From the IMG/VR virus record IMGVR_UViG_3300020433_000039, positions 1-26,541 of that record: 26,541 nucleotides of DNA, one strand, 5' to 3'. Shown here in pieces: positions 7,983 to 16,635 of the stretch (the first letter of the stretch is position 1; every line of letters begins with the position of its first letter). Made by a program: the position numbers and the translations under genes. The stretch comes from a virus (Duplodnaviria; Caudoviricetes). Below the pieces are notes generated by a model that did not search any database, had not been told where the DNA came from, and saw only the letters and a program-made list of their open reading frames with translations.

Positions 7983-9274
7983 ACATTTCGGAATCTAATT
8001 TTAATCTAGTTGATTTTAGAATAGGAGATTATCCTCCTCTAACTCTCAATCATTTATTGTATCTTAACTACGTTGAAGATATAAGAAGTGCTAGTATTAG
8101 AATGGAAGTACAGTTAACTGACAGTCAAACTGGTCTTGTATCATCACTTCAAGGAATGGAACCAGTGTTCATTGGGTTTGAGGATCATAAGGGAAATGCA
8201 ATAGCAAATTATATGATAGTCTATGATATACAGGACAGAGTCACAAAGGGTGGATCATCTAAAGCTACCTTATTATTATGCACACCTGATTTGATTAATA
8301 ATGCTGCTACAAAATTATCCAAACGTTTTGGTAAAGGGGGAGGTGAAAAAATTAGTAAGATCATTGAAGAAGATCTTCTCCAAAAGCAATTGCAAACTGG
8401 ACTTTCAACTACTCATGATGGTAGTATTGAAGAGACTGCTAATAAAATATCTTTTATATCTCCATTCTGGGCTCCGTTTACTATAATAAAATGGTTATGC
8501 AGTAAAGCAATCTCTGCTGAGTCTGCTGGTGGTAAAAACGCATCAGCTGGTTACTGTTTCTTCCAAAATAATTTGGGGTATAATTTTAAGTCCTATGATT
8601 CATTCGCAAGAGAAGAACCAGTTAGAAAGATTGTAGTTGGACATAAACCAGAGGAAGCAGAAGAAGAGGAGGATAAAAATATTCTACCAGTTGATAAGAT
8701 GACTGTTAGAAAATCCTCTGATGTTTTAAGGGGTTTGAACATGGGTTCTTATGCTAATAACGTTATGACACTAGATGTTAAGGACATGAAGTACGAAGAA
8801 TTTCCTTTTAACATCAATAAATATTACCAAGACGTGCCTTTGATGAATAAGAACTACGCAGTTCCAGAATACTATAAAAAATTCGATAAAAAGACTGCAC
8901 CTACAAGATATATGTCTAAAGTACTTGATACTGCACTGTTTACTGAAGGTACATACACTGCTGGCATGACAGCACAAATATCACAGGCTGCATTGAGAGA
9001 AAAATTATTTTATAATAAAGAAGTAGAGGTAGAATATGTAGGGACTAATGAGATGACTGTTGGTATGGTGGTAGAGTTGATGGTATTTAAAGGTAAGGAA
9101 CAAGAATTAGACGTACAAAACAGTGGTAAATACGTTATTGGTAAAGTCGAACGTCAGTTTCTGACCAAAAATAATCAAATGAACACCAAACTAACACTGT
9201 TTACGGACAGTCCTGGTTCTGAACAAACTAAGACTAGTGATATGTCAGAGGGTAATACTGGTATAGTAGGATGA
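7979..9274 (+). CDS. Baseplate hub protein (gp27/GpD-like)
   Basis: Directly upstream of gp5. Shows YVEDI, FISPFW.PF..I.WL, YCFFQN..GYNFKSYD and C-terminal NSGKYVI..V...F patterns. Confidence 0.65.
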   Translation: MNISESNFNLVDFRIGDYPPLTLNHLLYLNYVEDIRSASIRMEVQLTDSQTGLVSSLQGMEPVFIGFEDHKGNAIANYMIVYDIQDRVTKGGSSKATLLLCTPDLINNAATKLSKRFGKGGGEKISKIIEEDLLQKQLQTGLSTTHDGSIEETANKISFISPFWAPFTIIKWLCSKAISAESAGGKNASAGYCFFQNNLGYNFKSYDSFAREEPVRKIVVGHKPEEAEEEEDKNILPVDKMTVRKSSDVLRGLNMGSYANNVMTLDVKDMKYEEFPFNINKYYQDVPLMNKNYAVPEYYKKFDKKTAPTRYMSKVLDTALFTEGTYTAGMTAQISQAALREKLFYNKEVEVEYVGTNEMTVGMVVELMVFKGKEQELDVQNSGKYVIGKVERQFLTKNNQMNTKLTLFTDSPGSEQTKTSDMSEGNTGIVG

Positions 9275-12066
9275 GTATAGAAGCAACCGCTAATTTTATA
9301 GGTAAGGAAGGATTCAACTGGTGGATAGGTCAAGTTGAGAACGATGGTGCTGGCACATTTTGGAAAGAAGTAAGAGAAAATGTTGGTGGTGAAATATTAG
9401 ATGTATTTTCTGGTAAGGGATTTGATACATCAGATTGGGACTGGACTAACAAAGTTAAAGTCAGGATTGTAGGGTATCATAGTCCTAATAAGGCTGACCT
9501 ACCAACAGAAGATTTACCATGGGCATTATGTTTGATGCCTGTCACATCACCACAAAGATCAGGTATTGGAGGACATCATCAATTACAGATTAACGGTTGG
9601 GTTATTGGTTTCTTCTTGGATGGTGCAGCTGCACAGATTCCTATTGTTATGGGTGCTGTTGGTGATGAAAATCCTGTAGGTGCATATGGAACTGAGAAAG
9701 GATCGGAAACTGGATTTGCACAACTTGCTGCTCCTGAATATGATGAGAGAGTTCATGGAAGTTCAGGAAGTGGTGTGCCAGGCACAGGTAATACCATTGA
9801 AACTGACGATAATACTGGTTTAGATACAGCATCTACCAAAAGTGGTGGTAAAGGAGGAGAGGGTAGCACAGTAAATCCTCGTGGTGGAGACGAACAATTC
9901 TCGGCCTCACAGAAGGCTGCGGATGATGCAAAGAAAGTAACAGTCCAAGTTGGTAATGGTAAGTGTGGATCAGAGACTGCTACAAAACTAGAAGGTCCTC
10001 TTGCTGATTTTATGAAGTTCTCTCGTGGTATCAAACAGAATGCCATAGGAGAGTATATTGAAGAAGCAACTGGCAAAGTTATAGACTTAGATCTTAAGAT
10101 ATCACAGACCGCAGCTAGAATACAGAGGAAGATGTCAGGTCTCACTGCCAACATCAAAGGTGTTGTCATGGAAGATGTCAACAAACTGGTACAAGATGGT
10201 CTGAATGAAATAGGTATTCCTGATCCAGAGTTAGATGTTGCGGTCAAGGATAAACTAAAGGATGTTAGTGATCTAGTATCTTGTCTATTCAAACAGATGC
10301 TTAGTGAGTTGGGTGACTTTATCAAAGGTATATTGAGCGATCTTTTAGAAAATGTATTAGACACTGCACTCTGTTTAATACAGGATATTGTTGGATCCAT
10401 TATGGGTAAAATAATGGACAAGATAAAAGGTGCCATGGGTATACTTAAAGGTATAACTGGTTCTATCAAGGGTGCTGCCGATAAGATACAAAATATATTG
10501 AGCAAAGTATTTGATATTATAGATCTATTCTGTGATGGTGAAGTATCATGTGCTATTGGTGCATCTGTATTTGAGGTTGGCACTGGTGCTAAGAAGAAAG
10601 GTAACGATGCAAAACAGGAACAAATTGCACAGTATCCATTCAAACCACCCAATTCTGGTGCTGTAGTTGGTAATGGTAAACCTAAGAAAGGATTTGTACC
10701 GTTCGTGAGTGGCAACGGGGAGAAGCAAATATTTGATACAAAAACTGGTGTTAGATATCCTCTTGACTCTGTCATAGGTAAGAACTCTGGTATTTCAGAG
10801 AAGTCATTCAAGACGGGAGGTCCTTTAGAGAAGTTTGAGAGCTTGAATTTCTATGACAGTAATGGTAATATAAGCACTGCTACTGTTAACTGTTCTAACA
10901 GCATCCTTAATAAGAAACCATGCTTCCCTGAGTTGGTATGGGATAATCTCAAATCAACCAGTCCAATCAAAGCATTGCCTATTGTGGATGACATAGGACA
11001 GATACTTGGTGTCTTTATGAAGCGTAAGGGAAGTAATGTTGGTTTAGAAGCACAAGTCAGAGCTCAGTTCACTTGTAATGAACCTGAGGGTGGTGGTGCA
11101 GTATTGAAACCAGTCATCATTGATGGTAAGGTAGATTCAATCAAAGTTATTAATCCTGGCATTGGATATGGATTTGATCCAGCTACAACATTCTGCCCTA
11201 AAGAACAGTATGTTGTTACAGTTCCAAAAGGTGACATAATCAATAATCTTGATGATGGTGAAACTTTAATGCTTGTTCAATTTGCCAATGGAACTGTAGA
11301 TCCTAGAAAAACAGATGTTCTGCAAGTAGTTGATACTAACTTTAGTAATGATCTGATGACGTTTGCTACTATAGATCCATCTTGGAATGTCAATTTAGAG
11401 TCTGGTGTCATACTTGAAACTAAATCAGGATATCAATTCACACTTAACTTTAATGAAAAATATCCAGAGTTAGTATTCCCAGAGGAAGCAACTGCAATAT
11501 ATGCCAAGTGTGGTGACCTTATTCCTATTATTGATAATGTTAAGATGGACAATGTTGGTAGCAAGTATGTAAATCCAGTCATCGTTATCGGAGCAGGTTC
11601 TAAAGAACAAGAAATAGGTACTGTTACTGTGGATGAGAATGGTTCTCTTGTAGAACCTAAGATCAATAAAAAGGTTCTTGGATTTGTTAAACCTACTATT
11701 ATAGACAGAGGACTTATCAACCAACCTCCTACTGGTACTGGTGGAAAAGTTATTCCAATCTATGCATATAATGGACCTAGACAGATCAAAGAGACTAATA
11801 TTTTACCACTTCAAACCTACATAGACTGTGTTGGACACCCAATGTTGGTAGGAGAAGTTAAGGAGGAAACTACTGAAACTCTTGAACCAACTACCACTAC
11901 AACTACTGTAACTCCAAGTACACCTACACCAACTGATGATACTACAACTACTACTCCTCCAGTTACAACACCTGTGAATCCATCAACTCCCACACCACCG
12001 TCAACTCCACCAAGTAGTCCACCTGCAAGTCCACCTAGCAGTCCACCACAATACGGAGGTTACTAA
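9271..12066 (+). CDS. gp5: gp5-like baseplate hub subunit, N-terminal (OB-fold) part with a long extension and Pro/Thr/Ser tail
   Basis: FIGKEGFNWWIGQVE, VKVRIVGYH, LPTEDLPWA and WVIGFFLDG..AQ.P.VMG are gp5 OB-fold motifs. Confidence 0.85.
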   Translation: MSIEATANFIGKEGFNWWIGQVENDGAGTFWKEVRENVGGEILDVFSGKGFDTSDWDWTNKVKVRIVGYHSPNKADLPTEDLPWALCLMPVTSPQRSGIGGHHQLQINGWVIGFFLDGAAAQIPIVMGAVGDENPVGAYGTEKGSETGFAQLAAPEYDERVHGSSGSGVPGTGNTIETDDNTGLDTASTKSGGKGGEGSTVNPRGGDEQFSASQKAADDAKKVTVQVGNGKCGSETATKLEGPLADFMKFSRGIKQNAIGEYIEEATGKVIDLDLKISQTAARIQRKMSGLTANIKGVVMEDVNKLVQDGLNEIGIPDPELDVAVKDKLKDVSDLVSCLFKQMLSELGDFIKGILSDLLENVLDTALCLIQDIVGSIMGKIMDKIKGAMGILKGITGSIKGAADKIQNILSKVFDIIDLFCDGEVSCAIGASVFEVGTGAKKKGNDAKQEQIAQYPFKPPNSGAVVGNGKPKKGFVPFVSGNGEKQIFDTKTGVRYPLDSVIGKNSGISEKSFKTGGPLEKFESLNFYDSNGNISTATVNCSNSILNKKPCFPELVWDNLKSTSPIKALPIVDDIGQILGVFMKRKGSNVGLEAQVRAQFTCNEPEGGGAVLKPVIIDGKVDSIKVINPGIGYGFDPATTFCPKEQYVVTVPKGDIINNLDDGETLMLVQFANGTVDPRKTDVLQVVDTNFSNDLMTFATIDPSWNVNLESGVILETKSGYQFTLNFNEKYPELVFPEEATAIYAKCGDLIPIIDNVKMDNVGSKYVNPVIVIGAGSKEQEIGTVTVDENGSLVEPKINKKVLGFVKPTIIDRGLINQPPTGTGGKVIPIYAYNGPRQIKETNILPLQTYIDCVGHPMLVGEVKEETTETLEPTTTTTTVTPSTPTPTDDTTTTTPPVTTPVNPSTPTPPSTPPSSPPASPPSSPPQYGGY
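11866..12063 (+). repeat. Low-complexity Thr/Pro/Ser coding tract
   Basis: Encodes ETTETLEPTTTTTTVTPSTPTP...PPSSPPASPPSSPPQYGGY, built from ACT/ACA/CCA codon repeats. Confidence 0.8.
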
Positions 12067-12938
12067 TGGCTGACGTTAATTTATTTCAAGGTGGTACTAA
12101 TCAAGAGAACGATAGTCCTACCATAAGAGTACGATATCCAAAGAACTATGTTCAGACAACATCAGCTGGACATGTTCTTGAAATGAACAATACCAAGGAG
12201 GGTGAAAGGATCCGTTTGTTGAATACAAATGGAAATTTCCTTGATTTGGATGAGAAACAGAACACAACTCTAAAGTCTTACAATGATACATATATCTTAT
12301 CAGACCATAATCTTGTTATAAAGGTAGGTACTGATGTTGATACTGATAGAGTAGTTCTTCAAGTTATAGGTGATGTCAACCTATATGTTGAAGGTGATAT
12401 GCACACAGAGGTTGAGGGTAACCGTTACGATCAAGTCAACGGTAACTGGGAAATGAAGTGTGGTGGTGTCATGTATGTGAGAGCTGAAGAGAACATGGCT
12501 TTGTCTTCAAAGAACCAGATGAAACTCAGTTCCAACTCATATGAAAACAAAACAACCTTTTTATTAAATGACTTGAGTGAAGGTGGTTCTATTAAAGAGA
12601 ACGTCAAAGGTAATTATGAAGTTAAAATCCAAAAAGAATCATCTACATTCTCAATAAAGAGTGATGGAGATGTTCGTATCGGTGCAGAGAACTGCAGATA
12701 CGATAAAGTCGGTGGTAATTTTATGACCGACGTGGGTGGTAAAGTTAGAACTAAAATTAGTGGTGCTAGTTTTAGTTGTATAAATGGAGGAGCATTCGAT
12801 GGAATGATATCCGCACCCGCATCAGCTGGTTATGATATTAATGTCTCTGGGGTAATGAATACTGCAACCAGTGGCAACTACGTAGTATCAGCAGGTGGCA
12901 ACATAGACATGGATGCATCTGCTATCTATTTGAATTGA
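12066..12938 (+). CDS. gp5 C-terminal beta-helix spike protein, encoded as a separate gene
   Basis: YPKNYV.TTSAGHVLE.NNT.EGERI motif, roughly 8-residue V.G(D/N) repeats (VIGDVNLYVEGDMHTEVEGNRYDQVNGN) and a C-terminal IYLN. Coupled to the upstream gene by TAATG. Confidence 0.85.
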   Translation: MADVNLFQGGTNQENDSPTIRVRYPKNYVQTTSAGHVLEMNNTKEGERIRLLNTNGNFLDLDEKQNTTLKSYNDTYILSDHNLVIKVGTDVDTDRVVLQVIGDVNLYVEGDMHTEVEGNRYDQVNGNWEMKCGGVMYVRAEENMALSSKNQMKLSSNSYENKTTFLLNDLSEGGSIKENVKGNYEVKIQKESSTFSIKSDGDVRIGAENCRYDKVGGNFMTDVGGKVRTKISGASFSCINGGAFDGMISAPASAGYDINVSGVMNTATSGNYVVSAGGNIDMDASAIYLN

Positions 12939-12959
12939 TTGTCGAGTTAAAAAACACAA

Positions 12960-13196
12960 ATGGCCTTTCATATGTCAGTCACAAAGCAAGAGGCTATGTT
13001 CTTAAAAAACATTCTTGCAAAGCATTTAGACGATTACGTCGAAGAATTAGTTAGAGAAGAGAAAAATAATACAGATATGGTCAAGCACATGATGCAGAAT
13101 CGTGATACAGGTAAGTCTCTTATGGACAAGGCATCGGAGGTGAACCGTCGTGCCAGTAGACAAAGTGACACACCCTACTTTACAAACCTAAAATAA
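12960..13196 (+). CDS. Hypothetical protein (78 aa, helical)
   Basis: ORF fills the gap and has plausible composition. No recognisable motif. Confidence 0.7.
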   Translation: MAFHMSVTKQEAMFLKNILAKHLDDYVEELVREEKNNTDMVKHMMQNRDTGKSLMDKASEVNRRASRQSDTPYFTNLK

Positions 13197-13207
13197 TTTG
13201 CTATAAT
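13179..13207 (+). promoter_or_regulatory. Host sigma70-type (early) promoter
   Basis: TTTACA (13179-13184), 17-nt spacer, TATAAT (13202-13207), with an extended -10 TG. AGAAGGAG RBS lies before ATG 13231. Confidence 0.8.
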
Positions 13208-13230
13208 CTTCGTACAGAAGGAGTTTCACT

Positions 13231-13419
13231 ATGAATTTTTACAACGATGAGGACGAGGTTCTCGATAAGATAACGGTTGACATTCCTAAAAGAAGGTTTA
13301 CACTATTAGGTAGTGACGGGAATATCAAAACAATTGATTGTGATGATGGTGACCAGTTCATCAATATACTCGACTTTGTTCGAGAAACATGTTTAAGTAA
13401 TGAGGTAGTTTACGTTTAA
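13231..13419 (+). CDS. Small acidic hypothetical protein (62 aa)
   Basis: Strong RBS, first gene after the sigma70 promoter, TAATG-coupled to the ACP gene. Confidence 0.8.
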   Translation: MNFYNDEDEVLDKITVDIPKRRFTLLGSDGNIKTIDCDDGDQFINILDFVRETCLSNEVVYV

Positions 13420-13892
13420 TGTCTTATAATCAAACCTACGCAGAGATCAAGCAAATTCTTAAGGACAGTAAGAGGATCTCTAAAGCGACCATGCTCAAAG
13501 TTGCTAAGTTAGCAATCGTTGAAACTTTGGGAGAAACACAGAAACTTGAAGCAGAAGTTACTTGGGATAGTAAACTCGCTGATGACCTGCAGCTAGACAG
13601 TCTAGCGATGGTAGAACTTGTTATGTTTCTAGAAGAGTGTTTCAATGTAGAAATACCTGACGAGGAAGCAGGCAATATCGTTACTGTTGGCGATGCCATT
13701 GAAGTAATTAAGAAATGCAAGGCAAACAAAGGCAAGAAGAAGCAGATTAATGTTGCCAAATACAAGAGCAAGCAAACTGCTGTACCACATCCTGATAGTC
13801 CTTTTATGACAAAGAAACCTTTGTCTAATTTGCCATCAAATGATCAGATAGAAAAAGCATTGGATGAAGCACTAGATGAAGAGGGAGAGTGA
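13419..13892 (+). CDS. acpP: Acyl carrier protein-like, with N- and C-terminal extensions
   Basis: VTWDSKLADDLQLDSLAMVELVMFLEECFNVEIPDEEAGNIVTVGDAI matches the AcpP core. The DSL phosphopantetheine serine is Ser61 (AGT, 13599-13601). Confidence 0.88.
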   Translation: MSYNQTYAEIKQILKDSKRISKATMLKVAKLAIVETLGETQKLEAEVTWDSKLADDLQLDSLAMVELVMFLEECFNVEIPDEEAGNIVTVGDAIEVIKKCKANKGKKKQINVAKYKSKQTAVPHPDSPFMTKKPLSNLPSNDQIEKALDEALDEEGE

Positions 13893-14575
13893 AGAAAGTA
13901 TATTGGGACTACACGATTGGTCGTAATCTGAGTTCATACCCTTTGCCCGATGAATATGTAAATATTCCAAAAAAATTTCGGACAGGTTATGACACTCAAT
14001 ACGATCACGCAAAATGTCCTGCATGGAAAAAATGGGGTGACAACTGTTGGGTTATAACTCAACCGTTCGATCTTGGCATGCATTATGATGACAAGATTAG
14101 ATCACTAAAGACTGACATGAACCAAAATGCCTATGAGGAATATTTCCACATAGGTGAAAGATGGTTAGAAGGTGAGTATCCAGAAGTTCAAATGCAATAT
14201 GTACACTCTTTTTGGACAAGAGATAAGGATGTATGGGTAGAACAAATACCACATCCATTATTAAGTAGGTATGGACTAGAGTTAGTACCTGCAACGTTCC
14301 CAATATCTGTATGGTTTAGGCCATTAGTTATGGGTGTAAAGATCATAGATAAGAATGTAAATCTATTCTTACCAAAAGATACTCCATTATGCTATGTCAA
14401 GTTCTATTCCAAAAGATCTGATGCTAATTTTGTTCTAGAGAAGAAAGCATTACCACCAGATCTGAAAAAGGCAAACGAAGAACATAGTCTATTGAGGTTC
14501 TATACGAAGTTCAAAGCATGGAATGTGATTATGAATAGGGTCAATAAGGAAAGTAAATGTCCACTGAAATTTTAG
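13889..14575 (+). CDS. Conserved phage hypothetical protein (possible dUTPase-like beta fold)
   Basis: GTG start overlapping the ACP stop. KCPAW, ITQPFD, WFRP and PKDTPL motifs resemble a common marine-phage family. The fold is a guess. Confidence 0.6.
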   Translation: MKKVYWDYTIGRNLSSYPLPDEYVNIPKKFRTGYDTQYDHAKCPAWKKWGDNCWVITQPFDLGMHYDDKIRSLKTDMNQNAYEEYFHIGERWLEGEYPEVQMQYVHSFWTRDKDVWVEQIPHPLLSRYGLELVPATFPISVWFRPLVMGVKIIDKNVNLFLPKDTPLCYVKFYSKRSDANFVLEKKALPPDLKKANEEHSLLRFYTKFKAWNVIMNRVNKESKCPLKF

Positions 14576-14997
14576 ATTTATTTTGTGAATGGTTTGAGGG
14601 TAGATTTGATAATTGGACACAGGCATCATCTAACCCTACAAAATGGGCACATATATTTGTATTACATGAAAAGATAGGGGATAGAAAGTATAGAACGAGC
14701 AATCGTTATAATTATCAACCTGATAAACCATATAGACAACAGGAAGTAGAAGTTACTGCACCATGGGTATTAGGTGCACATCAAGACATTATAATAGTAA
14801 AGAACCCAGTATGCGATCAGGTGTTTTCTTACATAGAAGACGATGAATGTTTTGTTGGTGGCACACTGGGAGAGTGCACATATAAAGGGAAGCCGTTGAT
14901 ATCTAAGGCAAAGTTATATAAAGATGCATATCACTCGTGGGATGTTGGATGGTGGCAGTCTGCAGAGGGATATTTTATCTTTGATAAGAATGTATAA
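14557..14997 (+). CDS. cpeT: CpeT/CpcT-type phycobiliprotein lyase-like protein
   Basis: WFEGRFDNWTQA.SNP..WAHI, PYRQ and Y.SWD.G motifs of T-type lyases, in the compact 146-aa phage form. Confidence 0.85.
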   Translation: MSTEILDLFCEWFEGRFDNWTQASSNPTKWAHIFVLHEKIGDRKYRTSNRYNYQPDKPYRQQEVEVTAPWVLGAHQDIIIVKNPVCDQVFSYIEDDECFVGGTLGECTYKGKPLISKAKLYKDAYHSWDVGWWQSAEGYFIFDKNV

Positions 14998-15000
14998 ATA
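14993..15000 (+). promoter_or_regulatory. T4-type late promoter TATAAATA for the tail fibre module
   Basis: Perfect consensus overlapping the cpeT stop codon, 28 nt before GTG 15029. Confidence 0.85.
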
Positions 15001-15028
15001 TACATGAACGTTTTATTGTGGACATTCT

Positions 15029-16630
15029 GTGGCAACACGTAAGATATCTGACCTGACTGAATTAGTAGCAGGATCTGTTGCGTCTGCTGATACTTTATTA
15101 CTTCTCGATAACTCTGATCCAACTGATCAGAACAAACGAGCTCAGGTAGGTAGTATTTTTAGAGCAGTACCTGCAGGTACAGTAAGTACGCCTGGTTTAG
15201 GATTTGAAGGCAAAACATCAACTGGTGTTTTTTCTGAAGCTCAAGGACAGGTTGGACTTGCAATGGGAGATGCTAGACTGCATCTTCAAAAAGTAGGTAG
15301 CACGCTTAATATACAAGCAAAAGATAGTGCTGATACTAACTTAGACTTCACCATTTCTGCACAGGGAACTGGTAAAATACGTCTAGGTTCTATTTTAGCG
15401 ATTAATGATCTTAACTTTATTATACCTAACTCATCTGATGATACAAAGGTAGCAAGATTTAGTACAGCTGATATTCCAACGGGTGTACAACACACTTACA
15501 TCTTACCATCTAACGGTGCTATTGCAGCATCTGATACGTTAGTTACATTAACTGCCACACAGACGATAAGCAATAAAACTCTAGTAAGTCCTACATTTAC
15601 AGGAACGCTTACCATTGATGCAATGAATTGCAGTGGTAATGTTACGTTAGGAGACGCTAATAGTGATACTCTAACTGTAAATGCGACACCAACTTTCGCT
15701 GCAGCAGCTACATTCTCAAACACTGTCTCTTGTCAACAGACATTGACAGTCACACAGGATCTAACTGCTAATGGTCACATTGATATGACTGATGATAAAA
15801 TCATCAAGTTAGGTGCAGATGATGATCTACAGATCAAATATCTAAACACAGGTGACTCATCATATGTTACTAGCACAGCTGCGAACGGTTTAGTCCTTGC
15901 TAGTGACAAAATGTTTTTGATGGATGCTGCTCATACTACCAAATGGCTTTATGGGGATTCAACAAATACTATCATATATCATAATGATGCAGCTCGTATC
16001 ACAACGTCAGCAACTGGAATTAACATAGGAGGTGCGATTGATGCTGTCACATCTATCACAGGCAGTGGCGACATCGCTATTGCTACTGACAAGTTTACTC
16101 TGGATAGTTCTAATGGTAACGCTGTATTTGGAGGTAACATCACAGGTGGCGGTAATCTAACTGCTACTACAGGAACTACATTTCAACTTGGTTCCTCTGC
16201 ATCTGCCAAACTAGGTGTTGGTAGAGCAGCAAGTACATATAACCTTGAAGTCGAGGGTTCTATATACTCTACAGGATCTACTATCATTGCTGGTAACGGT
16301 AGTGCTGGTAAGTTCATACTTCAAAAAGGTGCTACTGGTATTGGTTTGCACTTTACTGATGATACAGGTACCGATGAAATGGTACTCAATGGATCAGGTC
16401 AATTAGGTATTGGTAAGACACCATCACAACCTTTAGATGTTTCGGGTAATGCCAACATCGACGGTGATGTGGTTGTTGTTACTACCAACACTGTAAACAA
16501 TACAGGTGGTAAAATTACTGCTAGAGAGATTCAGTTAATTGATCCTCAAACAGGAGCTTCTACAACATTATCCGCAGGTAGTGCTGGCGGTGTAAGTAGA
16601 GCAAAAGTCTACTTTCATTCATTTAATTAA
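15029..16630 (+). CDS. Tail fibre-like virion structural protein
   Basis: MATRKISDLTEL N-terminus and Gly/Thr/Ser/Asn-rich beta repeats (TQTISNKTL, GNVTLGDANSDTLTVNA, LGIGKTPSQPLDVSGN). Follows a late promoter. Confidence 0.75.
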   Translation: MATRKISDLTELVAGSVASADTLLLLDNSDPTDQNKRAQVGSIFRAVPAGTVSTPGLGFEGKTSTGVFSEAQGQVGLAMGDARLHLQKVGSTLNIQAKDSADTNLDFTISAQGTGKIRLGSILAINDLNFIIPNSSDDTKVARFSTADIPTGVQHTYILPSNGAIAASDTLVTLTATQTISNKTLVSPTFTGTLTIDAMNCSGNVTLGDANSDTLTVNATPTFAAAATFSNTVSCQQTLTVTQDLTANGHIDMTDDKIIKLGADDDLQIKYLNTGDSSYVTSTAANGLVLASDKMFLMDAAHTTKWLYGDSTNTIIYHNDAARITTSATGINIGGAIDAVTSITGSGDIAIATDKFTLDSSNGNAVFGGNITGGGNLTATTGTTFQLGSSASAKLGVGRAASTYNLEVEGSIYSTGSTIIAGNGSAGKFILQKGATGIGLHFTDDTGTDEMVLNGSGQLGIGKTPSQPLDVSGNANIDGDVVVVTTNTVNNTGGKITAREIQLIDPQTGASTTLSAGSAGGVSRAKVYFHSFN

Positions 16631-16635
16631 AACTC

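Noticed and set aside
8816-8823. AATAAATA late-promoter-like box inside the hub gene
   Set aside because: About 450 nt from the next start codon, and such matches are expected by chance in AT-rich DNA.
9753-10811. 352-aa minus-strand ORF
   Set aside because: Antisense shadow of gp5. Ser/Ile/Pro-rich with no motifs, as expected from the codon bias of the sense gene.
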